Below the pieces are notes generated by a model, which was not told the DNA's origin, searched no databases, and was given only the letters and a program-made list of their open reading frames with translations. Made by a program: the position numbers and the translations under genes. Below, in pieces: positions 19,683 to 26,637 of a DNA stretch of 26,637 nt. Source of the stretch: a virus (Duplodnaviria; Caudoviricetes). Numbering within the stretch: the first letter of the stretch is position 1; each line of letters begins with the position of its first letter. The stretch is from IMG/VR virus record IMGVR_UViG_3300025103_002323, positions 1 through 26,637 of that record; one strand, 5' to 3'.

Positions 19683-19933
19683 TAACGCGTCCCTTGCTTG
19701 TCAATTTCTGCAAGCTTCTTCTCTATCTTAGAACCAACCTCTACCATCCAATCAGGTCCTAAATTATCTAATACTTGTAACTGCTCTTGCGGAGGCATAG
19801 CAACATAGCTGGCCCTCATTAATGAATTGATTAAAGAGTCATCTGGGTATGTATCTAGTACAGTTCCCCTAACTCTCAAGATTGCATCGAATATAGACTC
19901 ATCTAGTTTTTCAGGATAAGTTTTCTTAGCCAT
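19682..19933 (-). CDS. Small helical protein downstream of portal (83 aa), function unknown
   Basis: TAATG overlaps on both sides, with portal and with the 1264-aa gene. Confidence 0.8.
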   Translation of the reverse strand: MAKKTYPEKLDESIFDAILRVRGTVLDTYPDDSLINSLMRASYVAMPPQEQLQVLDNLGPDWMVEVGSKIEKKLAEIDKQGTR

Positions 19934-21897
19934 TAAACTCCCATAGGTGGTTGTATGTTATTTAGTGGGTTTTCTTCAGGTGTAGGAAGAGGAGTTGCAT
20001 TATCTGCCATTCCTTGATCAGCTCCCATTTGTGCTAATAATCCTTCCATCTCCATTTGTTCTGGAGGAGGTTGTAATGGTGCAGGTGCTTCAGGAGTACC
20101 CATTTGACTCATCTGTCCTCGCATCCCTATTTCATTTGAAGGAATAGCCATTTGTTCTTCTGGTATTAAATTTTGCTGAGCAGCTAATGCCATCTCTTCT
20201 TCTATCATTTTTTGTATAGAAGATCGTTGTGCAATAGTCTCTAGCTGTGTATCAATAAGTTGTTGCATAACAGCAGGGTTATCTTCTGCTCTAGTTGACA
20301 TAATCTCTTCTCGCCAAGCTTCAGGATCTTGCGCATTAAGTAATCGACGCATAACCACTTTAGTTGGCATAAGTTCTGAATTCTTTAATGTTGCGGCAGC
20401 AGCTACGTTCCGTAGTTCTTCGAGTGGGAATCTTGCACGTAAGTGTACTTTTGTATTACGCATCCCTTTAGTGTCTTTACCCTTAACATTAAATGCGAAT
20501 GATTCTACACTATCTTCTGAGTCCATACGACCCATAACTTCAATATTCTCATCCCATGAGTATCTTTGAGACAGCCCAATAACCTTTGCATTAATATCTT
20601 CCATAGCCATTTGTGCATTTTCAACAGGTTTAAATACTTTAATCAATGAGGCTTGTTGCTGTGCAATAGTATCAATACCACTAGAACCTGCCTGTGGTAG
20701 TGAGAAACCTTCTTCATCTATTTGTACACGAAAGAAGTTTGTTAGTTGATCTAGGTCAGGCAGTGTACCTCTAAATTGGAGATAGTACACATCCTCTCCT
20801 TCGAGGATCTCAATTGTACCTGACCCCGGCTCAATGTCTACTGGCTCATCATTGACGCGCCGAATAACCATTGTTGGGTCTGCATACAAATCTGCAATAC
20901 GCATATGCCTGTTAAGTAGCCATTCCATTTCAGCTACACTGTCAACAAGCGCATAGTTTACAGAAAGTCCCATATTACCCCCATGCTTAGAGGTCGTCTT
21001 TGCACAGTGGAATATGGTAAAAGGTAAGCAATCATAGAACATCATAACTGAAGGACGCATCACAAATTGGTTATGCGCTGATACAGCATGGATAATTGAG
21101 TCCCCTTCCCATGCCCAGTAGTCTACTACTTCAACTGTTTTTTCTGGATGTAGAGGTTCTGTATAATCTAAATCTTCGTCTTCGCGCTCGGTATCATTAT
21201 AGTTTAGTTGAACACCCCATTGTTCTTCTACTTCATATACTTTCATCCAAGTACGATGCACAACAGCTTTCCATTGTTCGTGAGTTCCACCAGCTATGGG
21301 GAACACTTCGGCAGGATCAATGCTCTTTATCTCAATTGGAAAGTGGTACATAGGGCGGTCACCCTGAAAATCACTATCGTCATCTGCATAAGTATTACGT
21401 GACCATGTAGTTCGTAGTACGCCCCAACCATATAGAAGCTGGTTAAATACTGCATCATGCATAGGGTTAGAACCCCATCTTCGGGTGTTTAGTTGGTATA
21501 CACTGTGAAGCATCTTAACTACTCTGTCAGCACGAGAAGAATTAGAAAGCACTTCAATGATAGGATCTTCACCTGTCATCATAGTGTGCGCTCGTTGTAC
21601 TGAGGAGAAAGGAATATTAAGTGTGACTAAATGTTCATTCTCAATGTTTGAACTAGTATCAACCTGCTCTGAGAGAGGAGTATCAGAACCTTTAACTGTT
21701 GAGCGATCATAGTGATCTCGGTAATACCATCGTTCTTGACGGGCAAACTCTTGATCTCGGTCATTGTAGAAGCTTAATCCAAACTTAAGGTCTGACATCA
21801 TACGGTCTAAAAATTTGTCATCGCGTTCTTGATTGGCCTCAATCTCGGCCTCACCTTCGCCAACTTCAACCCCTTTAGCGTATAATATATCTCTCAT
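19933..21897 (-). CDS. Portal protein (P22/SU10-like, 654 aa)
   Basis: Directly after TerL with TAATG coupling; size; portal-like segments (QLLYGWGVLRT, IDPAEVFP, LPFTIF, helix ending ADPTMVI); Q/M/P/E-rich disordered C-terminus. Confidence 0.88.
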   Translation of the reverse strand: MRDILYAKGVEVGEGEAEIEANQERDDKFLDRMMSDLKFGLSFYNDRDQEFARQERWYYRDHYDRSTVKGSDTPLSEQVDTSSNIENEHLVTLNIPFSSVQRAHTMMTGEDPIIEVLSNSSRADRVVKMLHSVYQLNTRRWGSNPMHDAVFNQLLYGWGVLRTTWSRNTYADDDSDFQGDRPMYHFPIEIKSIDPAEVFPIAGGTHEQWKAVVHRTWMKVYEVEEQWGVQLNYNDTEREDEDLDYTEPLHPEKTVEVVDYWAWEGDSIIHAVSAHNQFVMRPSVMMFYDCLPFTIFHCAKTTSKHGGNMGLSVNYALVDSVAEMEWLLNRHMRIADLYADPTMVIRRVNDEPVDIEPGSGTIEILEGEDVYYLQFRGTLPDLDQLTNFFRVQIDEEGFSLPQAGSSGIDTIAQQQASLIKVFKPVENAQMAMEDINAKVIGLSQRYSWDENIEVMGRMDSEDSVESFAFNVKGKDTKGMRNTKVHLRARFPLEELRNVAAAATLKNSELMPTKVVMRRLLNAQDPEAWREEIMSTRAEDNPAVMQQLIDTQLETIAQRSSIQKMIEEEMALAAQQNLIPEEQMAIPSNEIGMRGQMSQMGTPEAPAPLQPPPEQMEMEGLLAQMGADQGMADNATPLPTPEENPLNNIQPPMGV

Positions 21898-23486
21898 TAT
21901 CTATGCCTCGTACCAAAGTGCTTCTTCATAACTTGTTTTCGTCGTGGTCGCCCTCGGCTAGTAAGATTCACTACTTCTTTTGCCATAAGTGCAACTCCCA
22001 TACTACTTACTCGGTCATCATGCCCTGTACCTTCTGCGCCTGTCTTTTGTCCTGTTCTTACGTATGACTGTGCTTCATATACAAAATCCATGTCTCTAGC
22101 TTTTAAAGAACGTTGAGCGATTTCAGTTTGTAATCGACTCTCCATTATTGCTTTAGTTTTGGAATTTGTAGGCCAACCCTGTTTATTATCGCCATCCCCT
22201 GTCTTTTTATCTTTCTTATATAAAAAGATATTTTCGTATTCAAAGACATTCTTCAATGCAGATAGCACTGCGAAGCCGTGGTTATTTCTTTCCACAGCCA
22301 GCAATGCACGATTAAAACTTCTACCTAACGCCGCAAGAAGTCCTGCGAAAGTATCCGGGTCATAACGCCCTGCAATACTTGCATACTGTTCCCCAGTTGC
22401 GGCATCAATTACTTGTGCCACTGAAAGGTCTCCGTTAGGTTCACCACCTGCAGGGTCTGCTCCAACTATAAAACCTTGACCTACTCGTGGTATTGTCCAA
22501 ATTTTTAGTTCAGGCCAGTCCCTTTGTAAGTCACTTAAGTATCCGTTTCTACTAAAAACTTCACCTATAGTTAAAGGGTCCCTACAATGTGTCTCTGCTA
22601 TATATTGTAACCCATCTAGGTCAAAAATGCAACCCCCAGTAGTAATAAAAGATTCTAAAGGGCTGGAAGGGTATTCTTGTTGAAAAAGCTTATCATCTGT
22701 ATAACTAGACTTCTTCTCATCGTACCATTCATCATCTCTTCCCGGTCTTAAATGATATGGGAGGAACACGCCTTTGAACCCATTCTCATTTGCTTCTGCA
22801 CCCTTCCACATTTTATAGTAGAAATTCCCTAACCCATTTGCAGTGCTTACCCCAATGAACTGACCACCCGCATCAATCGTTGGTGATAGGGCAGCCCAGT
22901 TTTTTTCAGCATGTGGATGGAACGCCCACTCATCTGCAATAACAACAGATGCAGTTTCAGAACGTCCTGCGTCTTCAGTAGCGGGTAGTGCAAATACAGA
23001 AGAATGATGTGTCACGTTCCCCTTAGCATTACGCTGCTCAAATTCTATTTCTTTTTTATTATCGTTGATTAATGGTCGCCATTTGCGTATCCACTGAGGT
23101 AAACGAGAGTATTGAAACTTTACTTTCAGAAGAAGCTTCTGTGCTTCATCTTCTCGCTTAGATAGCATAAGTACGTTTGCGTTATTAAAGAAGAGAGCTT
23201 TATGTAGTGCATAAGAAGACGCACACCAAGATACACCTAGTTGCCTCCCTTTAAGCACAATTACTCTATCACTCTCTTGGAAAGTGTTTAGTAGTTCTTT
23301 CTGAAAGTCCCAAAGTTTAAACGCAAATGTTTCAAAAGTCTGCGGGTCATTGATTTCACAATATGTTTCAAGAAAATATACAATATCCTCTTTACACTTG
23401 AGAATCTCCTCCAGCTGTTCCTTCTGACTCAGCTCGTCGTTCTTCAAGTCTTTCGAGGATGTCATCGAGGTCGCCTGTGTTACCAC
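21897..23486 (-). CDS. terL: Terminase large subunit (T4 gp17-like ATPase plus RNase H-fold nuclease)
   Basis: Walker A VLKGRQLGVS, Walker B VVIADEWAF, coupling motif VSTANG, nuclease motifs VGADPAGG, AVERNNHG, HDDRV; N-terminal KCKEDIVYFLETYC resembles T4 gp17. Start uncertain (GTG 23486 or ATG 23465). Confidence 0.97.
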   Translation of the reverse strand: MVTQATSMTSSKDLKNDELSQKEQLEEILKCKEDIVYFLETYCEINDPQTFETFAFKLWDFQKELLNTFQESDRVIVLKGRQLGVSWCASSYALHKALFFNNANVLMLSKREDEAQKLLLKVKFQYSRLPQWIRKWRPLINDNKKEIEFEQRNAKGNVTHHSSVFALPATEDAGRSETASVVIADEWAFHPHAEKNWAALSPTIDAGGQFIGVSTANGLGNFYYKMWKGAEANENGFKGVFLPYHLRPGRDDEWYDEKKSSYTDDKLFQQEYPSSPLESFITTGGCIFDLDGLQYIAETHCRDPLTIGEVFSRNGYLSDLQRDWPELKIWTIPRVGQGFIVGADPAGGEPNGDLSVAQVIDAATGEQYASIAGRYDPDTFAGLLAALGRSFNRALLAVERNNHGFAVLSALKNVFEYENIFLYKKDKKTGDGDNKQGWPTNSKTKAIMESRLQTEIAQRSLKARDMDFVYEAQSYVRTGQKTGAEGTGHDDRVSSMGVALMAKEVVNLTSRGRPRRKQVMKKHFGTRHR

Positions 23487-23940
23487 TCTTATGTGTTACC
23501 TCCACTCGACTCTTGTTTACTCCGCCTAAATCAATTAGACGGTCTATTGCATACTGCACTACTCTTACGTTAGTATGATCTAACATTAGTACAAGTTTGT
23601 GTATTGCTTTAGCTAAACCAAATGCAGTTACCTCTGCAGCCATAATTACAGGTTGTGTAGTAACTTTCTCATATACGATACGAAAATCTTTATTTTGTTG
23701 TTTCCACGAATACGCTGTAGTAGGTGCAATGCCACACGCTTCTGCAGCCTGTTTATCCGATAACCCGTAGAGTTTTCCAACCAAAAAATGTTCTTGATTG
23801 TCGTTAAGTGTTTCAATGAGTCCTCCTGCACCTATTAATGGATTCGGTGTTATTGACTGTTCTATATCCATTTCAGAATGGTCAAGGTCAGTATCATCGT
23901 CCATCATCTGAGTTAAGGCTAATAATGGATTAGCTGGCAT
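23392..23940 (-). CDS. terS: Terminase small subunit (182 aa; start revised from 24012 to ATG 23940)
   Basis: HTH (LSDKQAAEACGIAPTTAYSWK), central helices, C-terminal strand (RVEVTH); upstream of TerL; ATG 23940 has SD GGAG, whereas the longer call runs through the promoter region. Confidence 0.82.
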   Translation of the reverse strand: MPANPLLALTQMMDDDTDLDHSEMDIEQSITPNPLIGAGGLIETLNDNQEHFLVGKLYGLSDKQAAEACGIAPTTAYSWKQQNKDFRIVYEKVTTQPVIMAAEVTAFGLAKAIHKLVLMLDHTNVRVVQYAIDRLIDLGGVNKSRVEVTHKSGNTGDLDDILERLEERRAESEGTAGGDSQV

Positions 23941-23951
23941 TTGTACTCCAT

Positions 23952-23980
23952 TTGCATAAGTGTGCCGTTTATGGTATACT
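23952..23980 (+). promoter_or_regulatory. Rightward sigma70-type promoter for the RHH-SLT arm
   Basis: TTGCAT (23952-23957), 17 bp, TATACT (23975-23980), extended -10 TGg. Confidence 0.75.
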
Positions 23981-23989
23981 TTTATGGTA
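23968..23989. repeat. Direct repeat TTTATGGTA x2 (13-bp period), candidate operator
   Basis: Copies at 23968-23976 and 23981-23989, overlapping both -10 regions. Confidence 0.55.
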
Positions 23990-24012
23990 ACACAAGATTG
24001 GAGTACTGTCAA
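23984..24012 (-). promoter_or_regulatory. Leftward sigma70-type promoter for the terminase-portal operon
   Basis: TTGACA (24012-24007), 17 bp, TACCAT (23989-23984), extended -10 TGt. Confidence 0.72.
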
Positions 24013-24254
24013 TGCCTAGAATCAATTATAAAGAGATGGTGCACAAAAGAGTTCATATACATCGTTCGACTTCAATGCTACTAAGTACAATGTCTGAGCT
24101 TATGGGAGAATCTTACAGAGATACCTTTGAAGCTGCTTTGTTGTATGGAATGGCCTATATGAATGAGCATAACAAAATGAACATGACTCAGTGGCTAGAT
24201 GAAGTTAAGTTACCTAAAATAGAAGATGTTGACAAATTTATAAAAGTAGAGTAA
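24012..24254 (+). CDS. Ribbon-helix-helix (Arc/CopG-like) DNA-binding protein (80 aa)
   Basis: Alternating strand HKRVHIH, helix A (RSTSMLLSTMSELM), G-x-S turn, helix B (YRDTFEAALLYG); SD GGAG. Confidence 0.65.
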   Translation: MPRINYKEMVHKRVHIHRSTSMLLSTMSELMGESYRDTFEAALLYGMAYMNEHNKMNMTQWLDEVKLPKIEDVDKFIKVE

Positions 24255-24264
24255 GATGTAGTTA

Positions 24265-25020
24265 ATGTCCGAACTAGATAAAGACCAAATACTAGATGTA
24301 CTTATTGAAGCTGGATGGCCTCCAGAACTTCTTAGAAAAGCTTTTATAATTGCTTGGATGGAATCTTCTTTTGATCCTGACACAACCAAAGATTATAAAG
24401 GTGAAGAGTCTTATGGTCTATTCCAAATTACTACTTCAAATCATATAGAAAAATTAGAAGCACTAGGAGATAATTGGAAAGAGTTAGCACTAGACCCGGT
24501 TACAAATGCAAAAATTGGACTTGCTATTTACAAAGAGCGAGTAGGCTGGAATAAAGCTGGTGCTGAAAGTGGTGATCACGAGTTAGCTCAAAGAGACCCT
24601 TGGCTTGCTTGGACAAGTCATAAAGCACAACAGATGATCGGAAATGACTATTCTCTTGTGAAAAAAGGGAACTCTGAGGCGGGTGCTGAATACTGGCAAG
24701 GTATTGAAAAAAATACAATACATGCAAATGAGTTGTGGAATCAAACAAAAGGTCCTTCAATGACTCAAGGAATGTCTATTGAGGAAAGTACTTTTGAAGA
24801 CCCTTCTAATGTCTTAAGAACTTCACAAGGAAAATATCCTGCACCTGAAGGTGCCCTTAAGTTTGCAACACCTTCGATGACAACTGCTAATGAGCTACCT
24901 TCCCTACCTCCAGAAGAGTCTTCTTTTGAACCAGAGTTTGTACAAAATAAACAAAAACTTAATACTCCTTTTCCTTTACCCCCAAATGGAGTCGCGGGAC
25001 CCATAGAAAATATGGTATAG
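24265..25020 (+). CDS. Lytic transglycosylase / lysozyme-like SLT-domain protein with Pro-rich tail (251 aa)
   Basis: Catalytic Glu motif IAWMESSFDP, SYGLFQI, LDPVTNAKIGLAIY and distal W-x-A-W; about 90 C-terminal residues are low complexity. Confidence 0.88.
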   Translation: MSELDKDQILDVLIEAGWPPELLRKAFIIAWMESSFDPDTTKDYKGEESYGLFQITTSNHIEKLEALGDNWKELALDPVTNAKIGLAIYKERVGWNKAGAESGDHELAQRDPWLAWTSHKAQQMIGNDYSLVKKGNSEAGAEYWQGIEKNTIHANELWNQTKGPSMTQGMSIEESTFEDPSNVLRTSQGKYPAPEGALKFATPSMTTANELPSLPPEESSFEPEFVQNKQKLNTPFPLPPNGVAGPIENMV

Positions 25021-25028
25021 TAGTGTTC

Positions 25029-25313
25029 ATGAAAGAAAACATCTGCCCAAATTGTGAAGGTCGCCTCGTTTTTGAGCCTGGACACATGAGTTACAATAAT
25101 CAAGGAATGTTCTTAGTACATGCGGAAAACCGCATCGTTTGTCTTATGTGTGCTCGATACAGATACTTAGATGAATTCAAAGGATGTGAATCGGTAATGG
25201 GCCGAACCTCTGCTCTCCCCCATTATGTATTAGATTACGCTCCTACAGGTTCTAAAGAACAAACTAAAGCAGCTGAACGTAAAGCGCGCTATCTCTTGAC
25301 AAGAACCTCCTAG
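25029..25313 (+). CDS. Zn-ribbon protein (CPNC…CLMC), about 94 aa
   Basis: Two CxxC pairs about 28 aa apart and a basic C-terminal helix; ATG 25029 or GTG 25023 start. Confidence 0.7.
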   Translation: MKENICPNCEGRLVFEPGHMSYNNQGMFLVHAENRIVCLMCARYRYLDEFKGCESVMGRTSALPHYVLDYAPTGSKEQTKAAERKARYLLTRTS

Positions 25314-25324
25314 TTTGTTATAAT
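25296..25324 (+). promoter_or_regulatory. Perfect-consensus sigma70 promoter
   Basis: TTGACA (25296-25301), 17 bp, TATAAT (25319-25324), extended -10 TGt. Confidence 0.88.
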
Positions 25325-25364
25325 GTAAATGGACAAGTACCGCATTGAATCGGAGGGTATATCT

Positions 25365-25559
25365 ATGTCTGAAACTTCAGAACAACGAAAAGCACAAGAC
25401 GCACATATCACTGATATGCGAGCAAAAGAACTAGCAAGACTGTCCGGTAGAATTGACGGAATGAGAAGTAGTTCTATTGAGAAGATTGCTCGTATGAGGG
25501 CAGATGCTTTTGATCGTACAGTTAAGATGGGACAAGCAAAGAAAGGTAAGAAGAAGTAG
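25365..25559 (+). CDS. Small basic helical protein (64 aa; start revised from 25329)
   Basis: SD GGAGG upstream of ATG 25365; ATG 25329 lies only 4 nt after the -10 box; C-terminus AKKGKKK. Confidence 0.7.
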   Translation: MSETSEQRKAQDAHITDMRAKELARLSGRIDGMRSSSIEKIARMRADAFDRTVKMGQAKKGKKK

Positions 25560-25564
25560 GTGTA

Positions 25565-26005
25565 ATGGACTTTAGTAATATAAAGTTATCTATTGGTATC
25601 GTAATCGCCATAATTGCACAAGCCTTTGGAATAATTTGGTATGTCGCCCAATTGGACTCAACAGTTGGAAACCTTAGTACTACCGTTGATGTTATCCAGG
25701 AAGAAAAAACCACTGTTGATGTCGCAGTGTTACAAAATGATATCGAAGCACTCAAGGACAAGATTGCCATGACTCAGGAAATGGCTAGGATGTACACAGT
25801 AGGGAAAGAGTTTGACTCATCTGATCTTGAGGAAGCCATTGAAGAAATCGAAGATGAGCTAGCTGACTTGAAAACTAGAAACGCGCTTATTGAAAATGAA
25901 ATGCGAACTATAATGTCAGATCACATGGGCTTCAATAAAGTATTAGAAGATATGGGAAAATCTGGTTATGGAGATAACAGACAATACGGAGATTATGACG
26001 ACTAG
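25565..26005 (+). CDS. Membrane-anchored coiled-coil protein (146 aa)
   Basis: N-terminal hydrophobic helix (LSIGIVIAIIAQAFGIIWYVA) followed by acidic heptad repeats. Confidence 0.8.
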   Translation: MDFSNIKLSIGIVIAIIAQAFGIIWYVAQLDSTVGNLSTTVDVIQEEKTTVDVAVLQNDIEALKDKIAMTQEMARMYTVGKEFDSSDLEEAIEEIEDELADLKTRNALIENEMRTIMSDHMGFNKVLEDMGKSGYGDNRQYGDYDD

Positions 26006-26016
26006 AGGGGAAGTTA

Positions 26017-26637
26017 ATGGATGAACAAAACGAGAAGAAGCCAAGTTTTTTTAAAAGACTTTTTGCAATTCCTAATGTACGATTGCCGAAGATTCAGTTT
26101 AAAAACCGAGAATGGCGCACACCTAGTATAAATGCTAGTATGCCAAACATTATGAATGTAGGAAAGGTACCTGACATTAAAATTGCAAGCTTAAAAGGTA
26201 CTCGAATTATAGGTGGTGTTTGGAAAGTTGGCACACTTGGATTAGTCATCGGTGTTGCCGTTACTGCATTTGCAATTGGTACGGCTATCAAAGGACTCAA
26301 TGCAGCTCCGATATGGCCTGAACCTGCAAACTATAACGCAGCTAGAGTTCCTGCAGACCGAACCCTACAAGTAGGGGATGAGTGGGTATTCGCTGATAAC
26401 ACACCCGCTGACGTTCGAGAGATACAAACACACACCCTTCAACTTAATATATCTGGTGCACGAGCCGCAGACATTACTATCTCTGGTCTAGAGATTGGTA
26501 AAGCTTCTGGACTAACAGATGCAATTCAGGTAATAGGTACTGCTGACCATGTACTTGCATGTGATACTGTGCTTATTGACAATGTAGAAGCAACTACCTT
26601 TAACTTAGCTGCAACGAAAGTATACGAGTTAATTATT
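26017..26637 (+). CDS. Single-pass membrane protein with probable external beta-rich domain, truncated (>207 aa; not in ORF track)
   Basis: SD GAGGGG, ATG 26017, open to window end: MDEQNEKKPSFFKRLFAIPNVRLPKIQFK… basic N-terminus, TM (VGTLGLVIGVAVTAFAIGTAI), then beta-helix-like strands (LQLNISG, ITISGLEIG, VLIDNVEA). Confidence 0.8.
   Translation, partial: MDEQNEKKPSFFKRLFAIPNVRLPKIQFKNREWRTPSINASMPNIMNVGKVPDIKIASLKGTRIIGGVWKVGTLGLVIGVAVTAFAIGTAIKGLNAAPIWPEPANYNAARVPADRTLQVGDEWVFADNTPADVREIQTHTLQLNISGARAADITISGLEIGKASGLTDAIQVIGTADHVLACDTVLIDNVEATTFNLAATKVYELII

Larger units (their letters stand above)
1..26637. mobile_element. Tailed phage genome segment (packaging, head and putative ejection module plus divergent accessory arm)
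   Basis: TerS-TerL-portal-scaffold-major capsid gene set; dense gene packing with TAATG overlaps; no cellular housekeeping genes, integrase or att site seen, so free phage and prophage cannot be distinguished. Confidence 0.96.

Noticed and set aside
1547-22365. Numerous plus-strand ORFs antisense to the structural genes (e.g. 7226-7885, 8555-9034, 16498-16947)
   Set aside because: Shadow ORFs fully inside long minus-strand genes, with no SD and Ser/Phe/Cys-rich non-protein-like composition.
23646-23831. Alternative-frame 61-aa ORF inside terS
   Set aside because: Nested in a gene with a clear HTH, with no independent coding evidence.
23941-24012. 24-aa N-terminal extension of TerS in the ORF track
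   Set aside because: Its TTG start is the -35 box of the leftward promoter; ATG 23940 has a proper SD.
19933-25020. Similar Pro-rich C-termini of portal (TPLPTP…PPMGV) and SLT (TPFPLPP…ENMV) as a shared packaging signal
   Set aside because: Low-complexity resemblance only; cannot be separated from chance.
26045-26056. T7-A4 run as a slippery site in the last gene
   Set aside because: Frame is open without a shift, no stimulatory structure is evident, and such runs are expected in AT-rich DNA.
24524-26300. Minus-strand ORFs 24524-24760, 24765-25103, 25522-25770, 26094-26300
   Set aside because: Antisense to well-supported plus-strand genes.
1-26637. CRISPR array, tRNA/rRNA, integrase, transposase, intron/intein, DGR or stop-codon recoding
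   Set aside because: None seen: intergenic gaps are all under about 75 bp, TerL and MCP are uninterrupted, there is no reverse transcriptase or long repeat pair, and genes are fully open in code 11.

Overview
The whole window looks like the virion-morphogenesis region of a tailed dsDNA phage (Caudoviricetes, podovirus-like head module), with no host housekeeping genes. Minus strand, right to left: terminase small subunit, T4 gp17-like terminase large subunit, portal, an 83-aa protein, a 1264-aa and a 3763-aa protein (all three apparently cysteine-free, probable internal virion/ejection proteins), an internal sigma70-type promoter, scaffold, DUF5309/SU10-type major capsid protein, a putative decoration protein, a hairpin terminator, two small genes (one missing from the ORF track) and a truncated fibre-like gene. 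A divergent plus-strand arm encodes a ribbon-helix-helix protein, a stand-alone SLT/lysozyme-like muralytic enzyme, a Zn-ribbon protein, a small basic protein and two membrane proteins. Most notable: (i) a 15-kb Cys-free cassette between portal and scaffold, with a possible winged-helix domain inside the giant protein; (ii) a symmetrical ~70-bp control region with overlapping opposed promoters and a direct repeat next to the RHH gene; (iii) no TGA among 16 stop codons. Family calls come from motif recognition by eye, not database searches.
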